Shown: one piece after another, positions 19,940-27,996 of the stretch
How positions within the stretch are numbered: the first letter of the stretch is position 1
Layout of the letters: each line of letters begins with the position of its first letter
Assembly: GCA_964599615.1 (NCBI GenBank)
Contig: CAZRGF010000004.1
Span: forward strand, 3,810-67,809
Direction: 5' to 3'
Origin: Candidatus Woesearchaeota archaeon
Lineage (GTDB): Archaea; Nanobdellota; Nanobdellia; Pacearchaeales; UBA284
DNA: 64,000 bases
Notes under the pieces: generated by a model
What the model was told of the DNA's origin: nothing
Databases searched by the model: none
Seen by the model: only the letters and a program-made list of their open reading frames with translations
Made by a program: the position numbers and the translations under genes

Positions 19940-20452
19940 CTATTTTTCAAATATTAATTGAACTATTCCTGTTATTGGTGTTTTTTCTCCCTTAATATCA
20001 GTTTCACCATAAAAACCGATTGATGGTGAATACATTGTGGGTTCAAATATAAAATTAGGATTCCTTATAGGTTGAAGACTTCTTGGGTCATCCTTAAATG
20101 TAACATAAATCCGGTTTACCATAAATCCAAGATGATAACCTTTTCCCACAATTCTTAAAAGTTTTGCTTCCAGTTCATATTCTGCTTTTTCTTTAGGGTC
20201 AGTGCTTGGTTTCCTAGAGTTTTCAATATATCTTTTTGTGCAAAAACCATAAACCATTTCATTCACTCCTGGAACATTGATGGTAAGGTAATCAGCGTCA
20301 CTACGTGGTTTAACTGTAATCTGAACTACCTTATGATTTTTTACTAATCTTTGAATATCTGGAAAAACCGCATTTATTGGGTCTAACTTCTCTTTTCGAG
20401 CTTTTGCAACTTTTCCATGTAATTCAAGTAAAGCTTTGTCTAATGAGGTCAT
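19940..20452 (-). CDS. hypothetical protein
   Basis: 170 aa ORF in tight head-to-tail arrangement with the upstream gene. Confidence 0.4.
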   Translation of the reverse strand: MTSLDKALLELHGKVAKARKEKLDPINAVFPDIQRLVKNHKVVQITVKPRSDADYLTINVPGVNEMVYGFCTKRYIENSRKPSTDPKEKAEYELEAKLLRIVGKGYHLGFMVNRIYVTFKDDPRSLQPIRNPNFIFEPTMYSPSIGFYGETDIKGEKTPITGIVQLIFEK

Positions 20453-20552
20453 TTTTTCTATTTTTACAAATCTTTCGAGATATTTAAACCTTTCTTATGT
20501 ATTAACTAAAAAAAGACAATAATATTTAAAAAGCCCAAGGAAATAACAAAAA

Positions 20553-21083
20553 ATGACAGGAGTTTTATTTGTAGATGCTTTATATGATAAAAATCAGGAG
20601 ATAAGCCAAGTTATTGGTTCTATTAATTGTAGGAAAGGGCATTTTGCTTGTGGCATAGGTTGTTTAGAAGCAGCAGTAGACTTTAGAACAGAGTTTAAAT
20701 TAAGGAGAGGAGAACCCTCAGAACCCTTATATAATCTCCGCCTTGATACAGCAGTTATTGAGCCAGCAATCCCAATTTGTGGACCTTGTTTTAGTGATGT
20801 GAAAGATAAACAAAAACTTGGTTCTTTTTTAAGTGATTATGTAAATGCTGATTTTTTAAAAGAATGTTTTGATGAAGCATCTGGCCATAAAGCAGGTTTA
20901 TTACTAGTGCCCTTATTTAAAAAAATGAATCCAGATGCAAAAATTTTGATATATACTTATCTAAAAGAAGATTGCCCAACAGGACGCTCAGTAAAACAAT
21001 ATGCAGATAAATTTGAAGTCCCTGTTTTGTATAAACCTCTTGGAGCTTTAGGAGTTCTAAAAGCTCTGGGCATAGAAACATAA
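20553..21083 (+). CDS. hypothetical protein, paralog A of a tandem pair
   Basis: shares N-terminal (M-G-..-L.-D.Y) and C-terminal (AKILIYTY / AKIIAYSL) blocks with 21086..21556. Confidence 0.4.
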   Translation: MTGVLFVDALYDKNQEISQVIGSINCRKGHFACGIGCLEAAVDFRTEFKLRRGEPSEPLYNLRLDTAVIEPAIPICGPCFSDVKDKQKLGSFLSDYVNADFLKECFDEASGHKAGLLLVPLFKKMNPDAKILIYTYLKEDCPTGRSVKQYADKFEVPVLYKPLGALGVLKALGIET

Positions 21084-21085
21084 AA

Positions 21086-21556
21086 ATGGCAGGAAAAAAT
21101 ATTTTGCTCATTGATTGTTATCAAACCACAGAATTTGGTAAATCATTATTAGAATCCCCCCATGGTTATGACGTTGATTGGGTAGATTCTATTCCTGCAG
21201 CGGTTTTAGAATTAGAAAAGAAAAAAGGAAGAAAAGCAGTAGTAATTGAACCGATTATGTCTATTCCTTCGGAAGATTGGCTAAAAACAGAAGGCAAAAA
21301 ACTTTCAGAAAAATATTTAGGTTTCTCAGAAGTGCTTTTTTCAAGAGAGAACTATAGAGTTTGTGGTTTGTATTTAGCTCCGATTATAAGGGAGTTGGAA
21401 CCATCTGCAAAAATAATTGCTTATAGTTTATGGGGGAACTTAGAAATGAAAATCACTCAAGTTGGGAAAAGAACTCGCGATCTGCTTAGCCATCTGAAGA
21501 TTCCACATGTTTCAAAACCAAATATTGATGAACTTGTAAAACAAATTGAATCTTAA
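21086..21556 (+). CDS. hypothetical protein, paralog B of the tandem pair
   Basis: see paralog A; 3-nt spacing from the upstream gene. Confidence 0.4.
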   Translation: MAGKNILLIDCYQTTEFGKSLLESPHGYDVDWVDSIPAAVLELEKKKGRKAVVIEPIMSIPSEDWLKTEGKKLSEKYLGFSEVLFSRENYRVCGLYLAPIIRELEPSAKIIAYSLWGNLEMKITQVGKRTRDLLSHLKIPHVSKPNIDELVKQIES

Positions 21557-22256
21557 AACAATAACTTTAAAACCCCATTTTTCTCTAACTTTTATGGAAA
21601 CTAAGAAAAATGATTTTATTGAACTAGAATTCACAGCTAAGACCAAGACTGGTGAAATCTTTGACACAACTGATTTTGAAGAAGCTAAAAAATCAAATAT
21701 GGTTGATGAAAAAGCAAAAGATCAGTTCAAGCCAATTAAAGTATGCATTGGCCAAGGTCAAGTACTTGCTGCTTTAGACAAAGCATTGGAAAATAAAGAA
21801 CCGGAAAAAGATTACGAAATAGAGATTAGTGCAAAAGAAGGATACGGAAAAAGAGATACCAAATTAATCAGGACAGTTCCTTTGACTGCTTTTGAACAGA
21901 TGCCTCAACAAGGCATGTTTGTTAATGTTAATGGTATGATTGCTAAGGTAATTTCAGTTACTGGCGGAAGGGTTTTGATAGATATGAATCATCCATTAGC
22001 AGGCAAAGATACTATTTACAAATTCAAAATTCTTAGGATTATAGAATCAAAAGAAGAAAAAACACAAGTTTTCTTAGAATCTTTAGGAATCAAAAAAGAA
22101 TCATTTTCTTTACAAGAAAATAAAGTGATTGTGAAAGAAAAAGTTCCAGAGAAGGTTCAAGAAGAGATAAAGAAAAGAGCAAAAGAAATCCTTTCTCTTG
22201 AAATTGAATTCAAGGAAGAAAAAGAGAAACCAGAAAAAGAAGAAAAGAAGAAGTAA
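21546..22256 (+). CDS. FKBP-type peptidyl-prolyl cis-trans isomerase (SlyD-like) with K/E-rich tail
   Basis: FIELEFTAKTKTGEIFDTT FKBP core motif; probable start at 21597 (METKKND). Confidence 0.65.
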   Translation: MNLKTITLKPHFSLTFMETKKNDFIELEFTAKTKTGEIFDTTDFEEAKKSNMVDEKAKDQFKPIKVCIGQGQVLAALDKALENKEPEKDYEIEISAKEGYGKRDTKLIRTVPLTAFEQMPQQGMFVNVNGMIAKVISVTGGRVLIDMNHPLAGKDTIYKFKILRIIESKEEKTQVFLESLGIKKESFSLQENKVIVKEKVPEKVQEEIKKRAKEILSLEIEFKEEKEKPEKEEKKK

Positions 22257-22337
22257 TTTCTGCAGGGTTTTCGAGCATGCTAAAAAAACAGGAGTTTTTT
22301 TGGCATTCTAAAAAGCTTGCTTTTCATGATAATAATC

Positions 22338-22345
22338 TTTAAATA
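22338..22345 (+). promoter_or_regulatory. TATA-like box (tttaaata) about 40 bp upstream of the ftsZ ATG
   Basis: matches the archaeal TATA consensus TTTAWATA; position implies a short leader. Confidence 0.25.
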
Positions 22346-22384
22346 TACTTTCAAACATCTTATGCATAGAAAGAAGGTAAAAGC

Positions 22385-23470
22385 ATGGCAGAATTATCAC
22401 ATAAAAGAGAAGAAACCAAAGATATTGACCAGGAATTAGAAGAAATACTTAATCGCCAGAAGGCTTCTATTAAAGTTTTTGGGATTGGCGGAGGCGGCAA
22501 TAATACTTTGACTAGGATGAAAGAAATAGGGATTAAAGGAGCAGAATGTATTGCCTTGAATACAGATGCTCAAGATCTTCTTTATACTTATGCTGATTCA
22601 AAAATTCTTATAGGCAGAGAATTAACTCATGGCCTAGGAGCAGGAAGCAATCCACAAGTGGGAGAAGAAGCTGCTAAAGAGTCTGAACATGAAATAAAAC
22701 AGAAAATTCAGGGAGCGGACATGGTTTTCATAACCTGTGGCTTAGGCGGAGGAACCGGGACAGGAGCAGCACCGGTTGTAGCAGAAATTGCTAAACGATT
22801 AGGAGCTTTGACAATAGCAGTAGTCACAATTCCTTTTACAATCGAAGGTCAAAAAAGATATGAAAATGCAGTAGAAGGATTAGAAAGAATGGAAGAATCT
22901 GTTGATACTTTGATTGTTATTCCAAATGATAAACTACTAGAGTTAGCTCCAGACTTGCCTTTACATACTGCTTTCAAGATAGCAGATGAAATCTTGACAA
23001 ACGCGGTCAAGGGGATAACAGAGTTAGTTACCAAAGCAGGATTAGTTAATCTGGATTTTGCAGATGTTCGAGCAGTTATGACTAATGGCGGAGTTGCGAT
23101 GATTGGAGTAGGAGAAGCTGATTCAGTTGATAGGGCAACAGAGGCTGTTGAAAAGGCAATTGAAAATCCATTACTTGATGTTGATATCACAGATGCTACT
23201 GGTGCTTTAATCAATATAACCGGTGGCCAAGATATGACTCTCGAAGAAGCTAAACGCGTTATAGAAACGGTTCTAAGAAAAATTTCTCCTAATGCAAAAA
23301 TGATTTGGGGAGCTCAGCTTTCTGAAGACATGGACAAGACTCTTCGAGTTTTACTTATTGTAACAGGCGTAAAAAGTCCCCAGATTTTAGGCAAGAAAGA
23401 AACCACGAAAAGTCGAGAACGAAAAGGAATGTCCCAGGAATTTGAAATAGATTTTGTTGAAGGCGAATAA
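22385..23470 (+). CDS. ftsZ: cell division GTPase FtsZ
   Basis: tubulin signature GGGTGTG ([15 protein letters not shown]), 361 aa. Confidence 0.9.
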   Translation: MAELSHKREETKDIDQELEEILNRQKASIKVFGIGGGGNNTLTRMKEIGIKGAECIALNTDAQDLLYTYADSKILIGRELTHGLGAGSNPQVGEEAAKESEHEIKQKIQGADMVFITCGLGGGTGTGAAPVVAEIAKRLGALTIAVVTIPFTIEGQKRYENAVEGLERMEESVDTLIVIPNDKLLELAPDLPLHTAFKIADEILTNAVKGITELVTKAGLVNLDFADVRAVMTNGGVAMIGVGEADSVDRATEAVEKAIENPLLDVDITDATGALINITGGQDMTLEEAKRVIETVLRKISPNAKMIWGAQLSEDMDKTLRVLLIVTGVKSPQILGKKETTKSRERKGMSQEFEIDFVEGE

Positions 23471-23804
23471 AATGTCAAAGAAAAAAGAATGGGTTTATGC
23501 AATAGCAGTTACAGGACCTAAGAATCTCTACGCACTTCCTTTATTGACTAGTGATAAGTATTATATTCTAGTTTACAGGACAGAAGAGCAAGCAAGAAAT
23601 GAAATTGAAGAACATAATAACTTTCTTAACAGTGCAGGTGCAAAAATGCCAAGAGGACTAAGCAGATTAAGGCTTGAATCAAAAGTTGTTGACTTAAGTA
23701 ATCTTATAGAATTCGGTGTTTTGTCAAAATCTAAACTCTCAAGACAAGACCGAAGACATAAAACTCATAGATCTTATACCTCGGTAGAATCAACCCCTGC
23801 ATAA
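23454..23804 (+). CDS. hypothetical protein (probable start MSKKKEW at 23472)
   Basis: ORF directly following ftsZ. Confidence 0.35.
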   Translation: MLKANKMSKKKEWVYAIAVTGPKNLYALPLLTSDKYYILVYRTEEQARNEIEEHNNFLNSAGAKMPRGLSRLRLESKVVDLSNLIEFGVLSKSKLSRQDRRHKTHRSYTSVESTPA

Positions 23805-23871
23805 ATCTATATAAGTTACTTCTTAAAAGTTACAAAAAAGAAAGGTTTATAAATCTTAGAATAATTAGTTT

Positions 23872-24123
23872 TTGATTAAAATGGGAGATAGACTTGAGAC
23901 AATTGCAAAAGTTTTTGGGTGTTTGGGAGTATTAGTAGCTTTCTCTTTATTTACCTACGACATGGCATTGAGAAGTAAAGCAAAAAGCCATACTACAGAG
24001 GTATCTTATTTTACCAAAGAGGGTAAAAATTATCAGGTTTTAAGTAAGGAAGGAAAAGCAGACACCCTTGTGCAAGATTCAACAGGAGTTTACAAGCCCA
24101 TTAGCGAAACAAAAGGAGAATGA
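23872..24123 (+). CDS. small membrane-anchored hypothetical protein
   Basis: 83 aa with one N-terminal TM helix. Confidence 0.3.
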   Translation: MIKMGDRLETIAKVFGCLGVLVAFSLFTYDMALRSKAKSHTTEVSYFTKEGKNYQVLSKEGKADTLVQDSTGVYKPISETKGE

Positions 24124-24166
24124 GGATATCACAGGTAGGATTCTTTAAATTCCATAGTCCAAACAT

Positions 24167-24230
24167 TTAAACGAGCTTTCTGAAAGAAACCTCGGAAAGA
24201 GGTAAACCTTTCTTTACAGAAAGGTTTAAA
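24167..24230. repeat. multi-hairpin element C copy 2 (24 nt upstream of the secE start, plus orientation)
   Basis: reverse complement of 19071..19133; internal hairpins cctc-ggaaa-gagg and aacctttc-tttaca-gaaaggtt. Confidence 0.7.
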
Positions 24231-24253
24231 AAACACTTTCTTATTAATTTATC

Positions 24254-24439
24254 ATGAATGTCTTAGTCAATACTAAACAATTTGTAGCCAAATGCACGAG
24301 AGTGTTTAAAGTAGCTAGAAAACCAACAAAACAAGAATTAAAGCAAGTTTCAAAAATTTCTGCTCTTGGATTGTTGATTATCGGTCTTTTAGGCTTTGCA
24401 ATAAGCATATTATTTACATTTCTCTGGGGCGTGATATAA
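24254..24439 (+). CDS. secE: protein translocase subunit SecE (Sec61 gamma)
   Basis: 61 aa with one C-terminal TM; conserved position immediately upstream of spt5/nusG. Confidence 0.6.
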   Translation: MNVLVNTKQFVAKCTRVFKVARKPTKQELKQVSKISALGLLIIGLLGFAISILFTFLWGVI

Positions 24440-24440
24440 G

Positions 24441-24938
24441 ATGATATTTGTAGTAAAAGTCATAACAAACAAAGAAGATCAAGCAGCTGAATTGATTGCT
24501 AATAAAGTTGAGAAGAAAAAACTGGAAGTCTTCTCAATCATCCGACCACATGGTTTGAGAGGCTATATTCTTATTGAATCCCAGGATTATGAAACAGCAC
24601 AGCAAGCTGCTTTGAATGTGCCCTATGTCAAAGGAGTTATTTTCAAGAATCTCGACTACAAAGAAGTTGAAAATGTTGTTGAACCAGCTGCAACAACAAT
24701 CAATATTGAGAAAGGCGATGTAGTAGAGATTTTATCAGAACCATTCAAAAGAGAAAAAGCAAAAGTAGTCAGAGTTGATAAAACAAAAGAAGAAGTTGTT
24801 GTCGAATTATTAGAAGCAGCTGTTCCAATTCCAATTACAGTAAAGTTGGATAATGTAAAAGTCATCAGAAGGACAAAAGAAGAGCAGGAAGAGGAAGAAG
24901 CTAAAGCAAAAGACGAAGACGATTGGGAAAACTTATAA
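24441..24938 (+). CDS. spt5: transcription elongation factor Spt5 (NusG) with acidic tail
   Basis: NGN domain followed by KOW motif (IEKGDVVEILSEPFKREKAKVVRVDK). Confidence 0.8.
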   Translation: MIFVVKVITNKEDQAAELIANKVEKKKLEVFSIIRPHGLRGYILIESQDYETAQQAALNVPYVKGVIFKNLDYKEVENVVEPAATTINIEKGDVVEILSEPFKREKAKVVRVDKTKEEVVVELLEAAVPIPITVKLDNVKVIRRTKEEQEEEEAKAKDEDDWENL

Positions 24939-24964
24939 GTCTCTTATTCTTCTTAATTAATTCT

Positions 24965-25012
24965 AAAAGCGAAGCGCAGTTTCTAAATTTTAAAGGTTTG
25001 GCTTTTGTAAAA
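24965..25012. repeat. repeat family B copy (aaaagcgaagcgcagtttctaaattttaaaggtttgg)
   Basis: matches the reverse complement of 44940..44990 and aligns with 60252..60300. Confidence 0.6.
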
Positions 25013-25101
25013 TCTGTTAGTATGTGTAATATTTTTGGTTTAACTTATAACCCTAGTCTTACAGAATATGTTTTTTGAACACAAAAAATCTACAGGTTTT
25101 T

Positions 25102-25803
25102 TTATTGTTCAAATAAAACATAGTAAGTCGCAACTATTAAGATAGTAGCAAGAACTGAAATAACAATTGTTGCTAATAATCCATAAGATAAAGTTAAAAG
25201 AAACATTAATCCACTCAAGAAAAAGACAAACACCGCCCAGATTTTAGAGCCCATAAAAACCTTAAGCCCTTGCCCAATTGGGACCATTGCCAAAAAAGCA
25301 AGCAGCATAGGATATATCGCCAAGTCATTCAACCCCGCAATTCTCAAAATAATTCCCAAAAGTATTGAAGCAATTGGACCTGCGACAGCAATTTTAGCGA
25401 CATCTAGTTCATCCAAATCATACCATCTTTTCTTTATTCTCGAACTTTTTATGTCTACATCAAAATTCAAGACAGCTGACCATACTACTTTTCCTGCTGA
25501 GACTAAAAAGAATAACAAAGGCAAGACAATCCAAAGAGGAAAGCCCCATTTCAATCTAAACCTGTCATCAAACCAATACTGTCTGAAAGAAAGCCATTTT
25601 ATCTTGATTCTGCAATCTAAAAAATGAGCCATAATCTTTTCTCCAAGAATAAAAACAAATAACATTACTAAAGAAAACGCGCACATCAAGAGTACTTGGC
25701 TCCAGTCAATATAAAGCAAAGGCCACGCGACTTTTATTGATAAGACAAATCCTAAGAAAATTGCTGAAATAATCCAAATCATAACTTCATCAAAGTCTAG
25801 CAT
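25102..25803 (-). CDS. polytopic membrane protein of unknown function
   Basis: 233 aa, 6–7 TM helices; no HExxH or GxGD motif found. Confidence 0.4.
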   Translation of the reverse strand: MLDFDEVMIWIISAIFLGFVLSIKVAWPLLYIDWSQVLLMCAFSLVMLFVFILGEKIMAHFLDCRIKIKWLSFRQYWFDDRFRLKWGFPLWIVLPLLFFLVSAGKVVWSAVLNFDVDIKSSRIKKRWYDLDELDVAKIAVAGPIASILLGIILRIAGLNDLAIYPMLLAFLAMVPIGQGLKVFMGSKIWAVFVFFLSGLMFLLTLSYGLLATIVISVLATILIVATYYVLFEQ

Positions 25804-25839
25804 ATTTTTTTAATTGATTTGAGTTTATTTAGGTTTCTA

Positions 25840-26592
25840 TTATATCTTCTTCGCAATTTTCCAGACTCCTTCAAAATATTCCCTAAAGTTATCTGTTATG
25901 CTTTTTGATTTAATAAGCACAGCAATAATTGGCTTTTTCCAGGAGATTATAAGCAATTTATCATTATAAATCTCAATATTGCCCGGGATAGGAAAATCAA
26001 CAAATTTCTTCTTTAAACTCTTATTTACAAAATATTCAAAAAACTTAGATTTTCTTCCTTCTTTATTTGAAATTCCCCGCATATTCACTTTTTTTAATAA
26101 ATCTTTTATTCCAAGATAGAATAAATCAGCTTCTTCAGCATATTCTTTTTCATGGATATAGAAATAAAGTACTTCCTCTTTTTTATCTAAACCTGGAAGC
26201 AGTTTTTCATAAACTGTTCTTAAACCATTTTTTCCAATAAAAACTTCTGCTTCTTGTTCTGGCTTGTTTTCTTGAAGTTTTTCTATATCTGGCAAGATTT
26301 TCTTCAATTCTCGCTTTTGTTTTTGTATCTCAGTTTCTTTTCTGTCTAAGAATTCAACTAAGTTTATCGCACTAGATGCCTGAAAGTATTTTGTTTTCTC
26401 TTTTATAATAAAAGTGACTATTCCTTTTTCAATCAACCTGTTTAAAATGTCATAAACATTAGAGTAAGCTACACCCGCTTTTTTGACAACTGGACCAACT
26501 GTACTTGAGCCCAATTCTACCAAAGCGATATAGACTTTAGCTTCTCCTTCTGTCAATCCTATCTTCAACAGATCATAAATTTCTTTCTGCAT
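25840..26592 (-). CDS. TrmB-family transcriptional regulator
   Basis: N-terminal wHTH (LTEGEAKVYIALVELGSSTVGPVVKKAGVAYSNVYDILNRLIEKGIV) typical of TrmB. Confidence 0.7.
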   Translation of the reverse strand: MQKEIYDLLKIGLTEGEAKVYIALVELGSSTVGPVVKKAGVAYSNVYDILNRLIEKGIVTFIIKEKTKYFQASSAINLVEFLDRKETEIQKQKRELKKILPDIEKLQENKPEQEAEVFIGKNGLRTVYEKLLPGLDKKEEVLYFYIHEKEYAEEADLFYLGIKDLLKKVNMRGISNKEGRKSKFFEYFVNKSLKKKFVDFPIPGNIEIYNDKLLIISWKKPIIAVLIKSKSITDNFREYFEGVWKIAKKI

Positions 26593-26663
26593 ATTTTTCT
26601 AGTTCTCTTTGCTATAAAAATCTTCTTATTATACACCCTGCACAGGTGAAATAAACTATAAAT

Positions 26664-27158
26664 ATGTTAGTTTATAATAACTATTATCAAGTGATGAAAT
26701 ATAAGGAGAAAAATAAAATGAAACAAAAAGATTGTACAGAAGAAAAGATTGAAAAAGAGAGAATTAGAAAATTGTTAATGGCAACAAGAATAGGTCAGAA
26801 ATTAGAAAAATTAGTCCTTAAAAAAAGTCCAGAAAGCTGGCATCAGTTTGATAAAAATAATGTTCCCAGTTTAATTTATACTCTCTATGGATTTGATTAT
26901 AGGCCCGTTGAAAGTTACATCGGATATTCAACCAAATTAAACAAAGACTGTGAAATTTATTTAGTTCCTAATAATTCTTGTTCACCATTGGGCAGACGGG
27001 CAGACATTGTTTTGTATTACCAAAGTCAACGATGGTGCCGGACATATCATACCATGGATAAAGAAATTTATGATAAATTTAAAACTAAACTAGAATATTA
27101 TCAAATGGCTTGTGCTCAAAAGACAATTTCAGAGATTAGTCAAATTCAGAATGCTTAA
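26664..27158 (+). CDS. hypothetical protein
   Basis: 164 aa ORF. Confidence 0.35.
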   Translation: MLVYNNYYQVMKYKEKNKMKQKDCTEEKIEKERIRKLLMATRIGQKLEKLVLKKSPESWHQFDKNNVPSLIYTLYGFDYRPVESYIGYSTKLNKDCEIYLVPNNSCSPLGRRADIVLYYQSQRWCRTYHTMDKEIYDKFKTKLEYYQMACAQKTISEISQIQNA

Positions 27159-27169
27159 AACCCAATAGA

Positions 27170-27706
27170 ATGACAAAAACACTTTATCCCAAATTAGTCT
27201 CAGCAGCATCAACAAGTAGAGTATTTGGGATAGTAATGGGCAGTGTATTAGTGTCCTTAGGACTAGCAGGTGTTATGCTTATGTCTTATCCTTTCTGGGG
27301 AATTAAGGAGGGATACAAGGTAATTGACGGAACTTCAGTAATGTACCATTATGCAATGAAACTCCCCTTTCTAATTAATACCCCCATTAAATTAATTCAT
27401 TTATATGACTACCCTCAAAAAAGAGGTTACACCCACATTAAAAATCAAGATGCGAGAGACACAATCATAGGAAATCAAAAATTAGATGGTGTTTGTGTGA
27501 TGGGTGATAGTGGTGCAGGTATTCTTTATCTTCCCTTAGGTGCATTTCGTGTTGAAGCTAGTCCTTATGGGGATAGTTATGTGCCCGGAGGATTAAAAGA
27601 TATGGGAAAAAAACTTGACCGACCGAGAAGTGAAGTAGATTCTGCACTTACAGATGCAACTAAAAAATACAATAAGTATCGGCATGCATTTGAAGATAGA
27701 AGATAA
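27170..27706 (+). CDS. hypothetical membrane-anchored protein with GDSGAG motif
   Basis: N-terminal TM; VCVMGDSGAGILYLPLG resembles a serine-hydrolase active-site motif. Confidence 0.35.
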   Translation: MTKTLYPKLVSAASTSRVFGIVMGSVLVSLGLAGVMLMSYPFWGIKEGYKVIDGTSVMYHYAMKLPFLINTPIKLIHLYDYPQKRGYTHIKNQDARDTIIGNQKLDGVCVMGDSGAGILYLPLGAFRVEASPYGDSYVPGGLKDMGKKLDRPRSEVDSALTDATKKYNKYRHAFEDRR

Positions 27707-27709
27707 AAA

Positions 27710-27979
27710 ATGAAATATGTACTAGATAAAATTAGGGATTATATAGACAGAAAGGATATTGGATTAACCGCGCCAACTCTAATTACTATAATTGGGTCTT
27801 TCTTTTTGCTTGCATGTTATTTCACTTGTTTGGAAATAAAAAATAATAGGGACGTTTCACATACACCCCCATATCAACTAGATGTTCCACAAAATGTCAC
27901 CTACCAGAAATGGGATAGTCTGTTTTATTATCTTGACAAGAATTCAGACGGAAAATTAGATAGTCTAGATTTTAAATAA
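27710..27979 (+). CDS. small membrane protein with C-terminal EF-hand-like Ca-binding loop
   Basis: DKNSDGKLDSLD matches the 12-residue EF-hand loop pattern DxNxDGxLDxxD. Confidence 0.3.
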   Translation: MKYVLDKIRDYIDRKDIGLTAPTLITIIGSFFLLACYFTCLEIKNNRDVSHTPPYQLDVPQNVTYQKWDSLFYYLDKNSDGKLDSLDFK

Positions 27980-27996
27980 TCTTAGAAACTTTCATT

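Noticed and set aside
22849-23214. 121-aa ORF antisense to ftsZ (and similar antisense ORFs inside aglB, secY, SRP54, FtsY, RPA, the ATPase and others)
   Set aside because: Embedded in strongly supported genes on the opposite strand; S/T/A-rich shadow frames typical of antisense reading.
25102-25803. Possibility that this 7-TM protein is the prepilin peptidase or a site-2 protease
   Set aside because: Neither the GxGD / conserved-Asp pair of A24 peptidases nor HExxH / LDG of M50 proteases could be found by eye; left as an unknown membrane protein.
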